Assembly: GCA_030606335.1 (NCBI GenBank)
Contig: JAUWGP010000009.1
Span: 10,363-74,362 of the forward strand
Reading direction: 5' to 3'
DNA: 64,000 bases
Origin: a candidate division WOR-3 bacterium
Lineage (GTDB): Bacteria > Hydrothermota > UBA3073
Shown: piece by piece, positions 58,763 to 64,000 of the stretch
How positions within the stretch are numbered: the stretch's first letter is position 1
Layout of the letters: every line of letters begins with the position of its first letter
Made by a program: the position numbers and the translations under genes
Notes under the pieces: generated by a model
Seen by the model: only the letters and a program-made list of their open reading frames with translations
Told to the model about the DNA's origin: nothing
Databases searched by the model: none

Positions 58763-60346
58763 TCAAAAGATATAAGCTAATTCAATATTCCACGACCCAA
58801 CTGCTGCAATATCCTTTGTATAGATATCAAACCTGAACCGTTTCCAGTTATAACAAGCACCAAAACTGATGTTATAATTGGGACCGTTTGTATATTTTGA
58901 TTTGCTGTAGCCTTCGCTGGTATTCTCTTCCAGGAGATGATGAAAGCCATAGATGCTAATCCCAAATCTTATGGCGATTTCTGGTATGGGTCTGTATTCT
59001 ATACCCAGGGGAAGATAGATATAGGTTTCTCTTTCAATGTCCTTCTCTTCTATTGTGGAATGCGAGTGCAAGGAATCATTAACCACATCCCTTGTTCCTG
59101 TGAGTTTAACCTCACTTTTCTCGTAGGAGATTCTGATTCCAACCCCCACAGAAAGTTGAGGAGAGATAGTAAATTCCCGCCCCATGGCGAGAAAACCACC
59201 GAGAATATTTGCATCACCATCAAGCACACTCTCATCTTCCTGGTACGATTCAGACGTATCACCATGGGCATAGAAGGTGTCAGGATCTGAGTAGCTGTAA
59301 TAACGGTCTTCATAATAGTACCTCAGATTTTTTCTCTCTCTCTGTGCATCTCCATATCCTTTATAGAGAGTAGCTATTGCCCTAAATGTTGAGGTAGGGG
59401 TTATATCCCTAGACAATCTCATCCCCAGACTCCATATCTGGGGATTGAGAAAATCATATTCCTCTGCCAGTCTTTCGGATTCAAAGTTGTGGATATCTGT
59501 ATATATTGTGCTATCGTATGTGCGAATGTATTCTCCATATCCATTCTCTCTCCTGCTGTCAAGAAAGTGACCCAGCTCCTTTTGATTTCTGTACATAAGG
59601 ACAATTTCCACATCTGATTTCTGGATTGAAGAGAGCATGCCTATGCCAAGAGACCAGGAAGATGTAGTGTCTGCACTGTTGTGTTCTCCTGTATCATCTC
59701 TACTATCTAACCGCTCATAGCTATCATAGTTCCTTTCACGGGTATATCTATATATCCAGTCATCACTGCTTGTATAAGGCTTCAAGGAGTAATCTAATCT
59801 TAATCCAATGCAGGTATTAGGATTAACCTGCTTTGACCCCAGGAGTACCCCCTTGTATGTATTGCCTGAATGACTACTGCTGTGACTATTTAAATAATCA
59901 GTATAATGATGATCCCAATAATAGTAAGGAGGCTCTTTCTCTCTGTACTCATTCTCCGATTCAGAGTAACTTGCTTCTAATAATATTCCCAATCTCGTTT
60001 TTAAGGGACCCGGAAGCGAGGTGACTATTCTGTTTGGAACCCGAAAAGAGATGAAACTCTTTGAGGGTAGTCTTGCTGGATTCCAGAGCATATCAGTTAT
60101 GGTATCGGATACAACACCAGCGAGATGTGACCCTATTCCTCTGATTCTCAGGGATATCTCGTCATTCTTGGGATAGGGCTTGGGATAGGGCTTACGAGGG
60201 TACAACTCATAGCTGACATAGATTTCTGATGCAAAAGTGGGATAGTAGTTGTCATAGCTGGTATAGAGTTCCAACGCAAACGTCAGTGAGGAAACTAATG
60301 TAAAAGTTCCCAAAAGCACAAAAACAAATATATTCTTCATTACCAC
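58763..60346 (-). CDS. Putative outer-membrane beta-barrel protein
   Basis: Signal peptide, alternating amphipathic strands, C-terminal aromatic residue (..ELAYIF). Immediately downstream of the T9SS cargo gene. Confidence 0.45.
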   Translation of the reverse strand: MVMKNIFVFVLLGTFTLVSSLTFALELYTSYDNYYPTFASEIYVSYELYPRKPYPKPYPKNDEISLRIRGIGSHLAGVVSDTITDMLWNPARLPSKSFISFRVPNRIVTSLPGPLKTRLGILLEASYSESENEYREKEPPYYYWDHHYTDYLNSHSSSHSGNTYKGVLLGSKQVNPNTCIGLRLDYSLKPYTSSDDWIYRYTRERNYDSYERLDSRDDTGEHNSADTTSSWSLGIGMLSSIQKSDVEIVLMYRNQKELGHFLDSRRENGYGEYIRTYDSTIYTDIHNFESERLAEEYDFLNPQIWSLGMRLSRDITPTSTFRAIATLYKGYGDAQRERKNLRYYYEDRYYSYSDPDTFYAHGDTSESYQEDESVLDGDANILGGFLAMGREFTISPQLSVGVGIRISYEKSEVKLTGTRDVVNDSLHSHSTIEEKDIERETYIYLPLGIEYRPIPEIAIRFGISIYGFHHLLEENTSEGYSKSKYTNGPNYNISFGACYNWKRFRFDIYTKDIAAVGSWNIELAYIF

Positions 60347-60375
60347 CCCCTGATGAATAAAATGAAACTTATAAT

Positions 60376-60404
60376 ATTATAATCTAAATTTAATGAGTTG
60401 TCAA
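60376..60404 (-). promoter_or_regulatory. Perfect sigma70 promoter (minus strand) for the gene at 58763-60346
   Basis: The complement of 60399-60404 is TTGACA. A 17-nt spacer follows. The complement of 60376-60381 is TATAAT. The -10 is 30 nt from the start codon. Confidence 0.6.
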
Positions 60405-60445
60405 GAAAAACTTTAAATAAGATGAATCCAAATCACATTTTTTTC

Positions 60446-60474
60446 TTGACAATCCTATTGCTTTAGTGTATAAT
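60446..60474 (+). promoter_or_regulatory. Perfect sigma70 promoter for the M23 peptidase gene at 60533
   Basis: TTGACA at 60446-60451, 17-nt spacer, TATAAT at 60469-60474. Together with the minus-strand promoter, the two -35 regions form the palindrome TTGTCAAGAAAAA...TTTTTCTTGACAA. Confidence 0.6.
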
Positions 60475-60532
60475 TATCAAATAATAATATTGCCTCTCCA
60501 TTTAAACCTGAAAAACTCAACATTATACGAAT

Positions 60533-61249
60533 ATGGCAAAAAAGATATCACTTATGTTCATCCCTGACGAGGAAGGAGATGTAAAAAGGATAGTTATTCC
60601 CAAAGGTGTGGCTATACTTCTTTTAGTCCTCCTTTTTGTTATTATTGGAGTTGTAGCATTCCTGGGATATAAGTATGTGAGTATTTACAATCTTGCTAAA
60701 AAAGCAAATAAACTGGAAGAAAACATAGAATTCCTTCAAAAAGAGAAAAACGAAACAATAGATAAGATAATAGCAGACTTAAATCGCTTGGTATATGAAA
60801 ACCAGAGATTACTAACACTGTTGGGCATAGAAGATACATCACCGGTCTATACACAGGGAAACAATCAGGAAGGCTATATACCTGCAATTTGGCCTACACA
60901 TGGGTGGATAAGTCAGGGATTTACTCCCTATCATAAGGCAATAGATATTGCAGCACCAATTGGTACACAAATAGTTTCAACCATAAGTGGATATGTAAAT
61001 GCAATATGGACTGATTCACTACTGGGCAGTGTATTAGAAATATGCAATAAGGAAGGATATAAAATCGTATACGGGCACAACTCATCTATCACTGTAAAGG
61101 AGGGTGAAAAAGTAAACAGAGGAGATGTGGTTGCATTTGTTGGTTCAAGTGGTATATCCTCTGGACCCCATCTTCATTATGAAATATACTATAATGACAG
61201 TATATTAAATCCAGAAAAATATCTTCCTAATAAATCAGATATTCCATAA
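60533..61249 (+). CDS. M23-family peptidase with N-terminal TM and coiled coil (EnvC/LytM-like)
   Basis: HKAIDIAAPIGTQI...GFVGSSGISSGPHLHYEI M23 motifs. Confidence 0.85.
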   Translation: MAKKISLMFIPDEEGDVKRIVIPKGVAILLLVLLFVIIGVVAFLGYKYVSIYNLAKKANKLEENIEFLQKEKNETIDKIIADLNRLVYENQRLLTLLGIEDTSPVYTQGNNQEGYIPAIWPTHGWISQGFTPYHKAIDIAAPIGTQIVSTISGYVNAIWTDSLLGSVLEICNKEGYKIVYGHNSSITVKEGEKVNRGDVVAFVGSSGISSGPHLHYEIYYNDSILNPEKYLPNKSDIP

Positions 61250-61326
61250 ATATTTTATTTGTTACTAACATTAATTATACAATTTTTTAATCATTTCTAC
61301 TTATAAATACTCCCATTATTTTTTCC

Positions 61327-61355
61327 TTGACAATTCTTTATTATTGTGTTAAAAT
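61327..61355 (+). promoter_or_regulatory. Sigma70 promoter TTGACA-N17-TAAAAT; transcript probably leaderless
   Basis: TTGACA at 61327-61332, 17-nt spacer, TAAAAT at 61350-61355. The ATG at 61362 is 7 nt after the -10. Confidence 0.5.
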
Positions 61356-61361
61356 AAAGCT

Positions 61362-62264
61362 ATGAAAAGGCTTCTTCTCCTCGCAATTATAACCCCTACA
61401 GTCCTTTTCTGTAATAACAGCACCACAATATTTGACTTTCTCAATATTCCGTGCGGTGCAAGACCAACTGCAATTGGTAGTGGGTTTTCTGCTTTCTACG
61501 ATCCTTATAGTATATTTTACAATCCTGCTGGTATATGCAATACAAATTCCATGACCATCAGCTCTACACTGCGACTCTATGTAGCTGGTATAAACTCTGG
61601 TATTTTGCTCTGGGAAAAACCTTACCTTTATGGTGTAATTGGTGTTGCAATTAATTATGTAAATCTTGGCAGCATGGAGAGACGGGATATAGTAGGTAAG
61701 TTAGAAGGTACCTTTACTCCAATCTCTCTATCTACAAGGATTGCGTACGCAAGAAGTTTTGGCTCCCTGAAGGCTGGTTTATCCTTAAATCTTATATATG
61801 AAAACATAGACCAATATTCTGCATTTGCTCCTGCACTGGATGCAGGAATCATATATACTCCACCTAATACACCTCAGATCGATATTGCCTTCTGCCTTAA
61901 TAACATAGGTTATGAGATAATAACCTTCAGTGACAAAAGAGAAGACCTACCTTATAAAATAAGAGCGGGTGTTAAATACAATCCTCTTCCCCCTTATATC
62001 TTTAGCCTTGATGTTGATAGACAGTTTAATGGAAGACAAAATTTCATCCTTGGTGCAGAAGTTGAACTTTCATCAAATTTTGTTTTCAGGGCAGGATACA
62101 ATACACAGGGACAAGACTTAAAGGCAGATGTACCCATGGACGCTATTGCTGGATACTCTGTTGGTCTTGGATTTGTACGAAACAGATTGAAATTTGATTA
62201 TACGGTGTCTCCCATGGTTGACCTCGGCATCGCTCACCAGCTTAGTATATTATTTGTCCAGTAA
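61362..62264 (+). CDS. PorV/FadL-like outer-membrane beta-barrel protein (possible T9SS component)
   Basis: Signal peptide. The N-terminal GARPTAIGSGFSAFYDPYSIFYNPAGI resembles the ...DARS.GMGg...A...Da.s.fwNPAg motif of PorV/FadL-like proteins. Confidence 0.45.
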   Translation: MKRLLLLAIITPTVLFCNNSTTIFDFLNIPCGARPTAIGSGFSAFYDPYSIFYNPAGICNTNSMTISSTLRLYVAGINSGILLWEKPYLYGVIGVAINYVNLGSMERRDIVGKLEGTFTPISLSTRIAYARSFGSLKAGLSLNLIYENIDQYSAFAPALDAGIIYTPPNTPQIDIAFCLNNIGYEIITFSDKREDLPYKIRAGVKYNPLPPYIFSLDVDRQFNGRQNFILGAEVELSSNFVFRAGYNTQGQDLKADVPMDAIAGYSVGLGFVRNRLKFDYTVSPMVDLGIAHQLSILFVQ

Positions 62265-62420
62265 GTTTAATAATACCATAGATAATATAAAATTCCAAAA
62301 GAACCTTAAATAAAATAAACCACAATCCGTCTCAGACGGAACACAGAGGTAATATTAAATATAAAAAAATTAAACCTAACTACTGGTTGGAATGAATTAA
62401 AATGCCAACTTGCCTGTCGT

Positions 62421-62443
62421 CTGCCCCGCCTTGGCGAAGGCAG
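62421..62443. repeat. GC hairpin, family C, degenerate copy (CTGCCCCGCCTTGGCGAAGGCAG)
   Basis: Shares the CTGCCCCGCC left arm. The TCTTCGCTTTTCACAAACTGCTCTCTGTGGTTA module follows at 62610-62642. Confidence 0.55.
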
Positions 62444-62671
62444 CCAGGAATCAAAACTCAAAAATTCTCTGAGTACTCTGTAGTTTAAAGGAAGTGATAG
62501 AAAGATTAGCTTTATTGAGAGGTTACAGAGGGAAGAATGGAGAAGAGAGATGAGTAATGAGAGAGAAGGGATAGAGTATTTCTCAACCTTCGCTTTTTCC
62601 TCTTCGCTTTTCACAAACTGCTCTCTGTGGTTAGATATTTAACATTATTGGATAAACAGGGAGGATATTTT

Positions 62672-63550
62672 ATGTTATCAGGTGCCTATACATTACTTAT
62701 CACACCATTCGATAAGAACTTATCTTTAGATGAAAAAGGACTTCGTATACTTGTACAAAGGCAAATAGAAGCAGGGATTCATGGAATTGCACCACTTGGA
62801 GTTACAGGTGAAAATACACTACTATCTTATCAGGAAATAATAAGAGTGATAGAAATTATAATAAAAGAAGTAAACGGTAAAACAAAAGTTATTCCTGACA
62901 CCTGTACAATGAGTCTGGAAAAAACTCTTGAAAGAGTTAAATTATTTTATGATCTTGGATGTGATTATGCTGCCGTATATGTTCCTTACCTGATTTTACC
63001 AACAGAGGAAGGCATTATCTCCTTCTACAAGCATGTTGCTGATGAGTCAAAAATTCCTATTATAATGCATAACTCACCAGGAAGGGTCTTAAGGAATCTA
63101 TCTCCTGAAGGAACAGCTAAATTGGCTGAGCATCCCAATATAATTGCTACTAAAGATGGAAACTGTGATATGAGACACTTGTCCAAGGTTGTATACCTGA
63201 CAGAGAATAGTGATTTCGATGTATTTACAGGAAAGGACGTAACTGCTTATCCCCTACTTTCATTTGGCGGAAAGGGTGTATTTACTGTTGCTGGCAATGT
63301 CATACCCGACGTTATGAAGAATATAACCGAATATAGTCTCACAGGAGAAATAGACAAAGCAAGGGAACTCCATTATAAATACTACAACTTATTTGAAGCC
63401 CTTAGAATGGAGACAAACCCTATGGCCTGTAAGGAGGCTTTGAATTTAATGAGACTACCTGCAGGTGGACTTCGGTTACCTCTCACAAGATTGAGCCAAC
63501 CAAAGAGAGAGATTTTGAAAAATGTACTGAATGAAAAGGGGTTAATTTGA
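62672..63550 (+). CDS. dapA: 4-hydroxy-tetrahydrodipicolinate synthase family (DapA/NAL-type class I aldolase)
   Basis: LITPFDKN...PLGVTGEN...active-site Lys context IIATKDG. AGGGAGG SD-like at 62655-62661 before the Met at 62672. Confidence 0.75.
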   Translation: MLSGAYTLLITPFDKNLSLDEKGLRILVQRQIEAGIHGIAPLGVTGENTLLSYQEIIRVIEIIIKEVNGKTKVIPDTCTMSLEKTLERVKLFYDLGCDYAAVYVPYLILPTEEGIISFYKHVADESKIPIIMHNSPGRVLRNLSPEGTAKLAEHPNIIATKDGNCDMRHLSKVVYLTENSDFDVFTGKDVTAYPLLSFGGKGVFTVAGNVIPDVMKNITEYSLTGEIDKARELHYKYYNLFEALRMETNPMACKEALNLMRLPAGGLRLPLTRLSQPKREILKNVLNEKGLI

Positions 63551-64000
63551 GAGAGATCGTAGTTAGAGCACCTGCCACAATAGCGAATTTTGGTCCTGGG
63601 TTTGACATCTTTGCTCTCGCTTTAGAGAAACCATATGATGAATTCAGAATATCTTTATCCCAGAACAATTCTGTTGTTATAAATATTGAAGCAGGTAAAT
63701 GGGAAGTTCCTACCGAGGTTAAAAGAAATACAGCTGGTCTTGCTGCCATAAATCTTCTACAAAGGCTTGGAAAACCTCAGGGTGTGGAAATCAATATAAA
63801 AAAGGGCATTAAAACATGCTCAGGTCTTGGCTCATCTGGTGCATCCGCCTCTGCAACAGTATATGGTCTTAACCAGATGCTATCACTAAATCTTAACTAC
63901 AATGAAATTATTGAGATAGCAAGCAGTGCAGAGAGGATAACGGGTGGGCAACCTCATGCAGATAATGCTGCAGCGTGTTTGCTTGGAGGATTTATCCTTG
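63547..64000 (+). CDS. thrB: Homoserine kinase (GHMP kinase), 3' end beyond window
   Basis: TTG start, then LREIVVRAPATIANFGPGFD (ThrB N-terminal motif) and the GHMP ATP motif GLGSSGASASA. Confidence 0.75.
   Translation, partial: MREIVVRAPATIANFGPGFDIFALALEKPYDEFRISLSQNNSVVINIEAGKWEVPTEVKRNTAGLAAINLLQRLGKPQGVEINIKKGIKTCSGLGSSGASASATVYGLNQMLSLNLNYNEIIEIASSAERITGGQPHADNAAACLLGGFIL

Noticed and set aside
1-64000. tRNA genes in intergenic spacers
   Set aside because: I scanned the spacers for T-arm GGTTCGANTCC or TTCGAATCC-type motifs and acceptor-stem symmetry and found none. The hairpins present belong to the repeat families.

Overview
This window is a 64-kb chromosomal segment from an AT-rich bacterium (roughly one-third GC by eye), densely packed with mostly minus-strand genes. 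Most are housekeeping:

- Replication and maintenance: dnaB, smc, scpB, tmk, gmk-rpoZ-coaBC, dtd, rpsT.
- Biosynthesis: nadE, pdxJ, purQ, glnA, dapA, thrB.
- DNA repair: family-4 UDG, AlkD-like glycosylase, SPL-like radical-SAM protein.
- Envelope and transport: MlaFE-like ABC transporter, two M23 peptidases.

Three large secreted proteins end in type-A T9SS C-terminal sorting domains: an M14 carboxypeptidase, an SBBP-repeat plus papain-like protein, and an LVIVD-repeat beta-propeller. A PorV/FadL-like beta-barrel sits nearby. These point to an FCB-group-like organism. However, the promoters I can read are perfect sigma70 TTGACA-N17-TATAAT, not the Bacteroidetes type.

No tRNA, rRNA, CRISPR array, integrase or transposase is recognisable.

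The unusual content is non-coding. The intergenic DNA carries at least four families of structured repeats:

- A roughly 104-bp tandem hairpin repeat at three loci.
- A palindromic 'CCCTGTTAAATA' element with conserved CACAGA flanks at five or more loci.
- A 25-nt GC hairpin at six loci.
- A roughly 550-bp ORF-free low-complexity composite element, present in inverted, diverged copies 38 kb apart.

There is also a 1-kb ORF-free region holding an 87-bp perfect direct repeat, and a roughly 205-bp tandem duplication.

The candidate accessory gene modules are:

- A HARE-HTH/nuclease-like gene with an 80-aa partner, bracketed by repeats between dnaB and udg.
- An orphan Cas4-like Fe-S PD-(D/E)xK nuclease with a 143-aa partner, just downstream of a split-MetE / MetF-like cluster.
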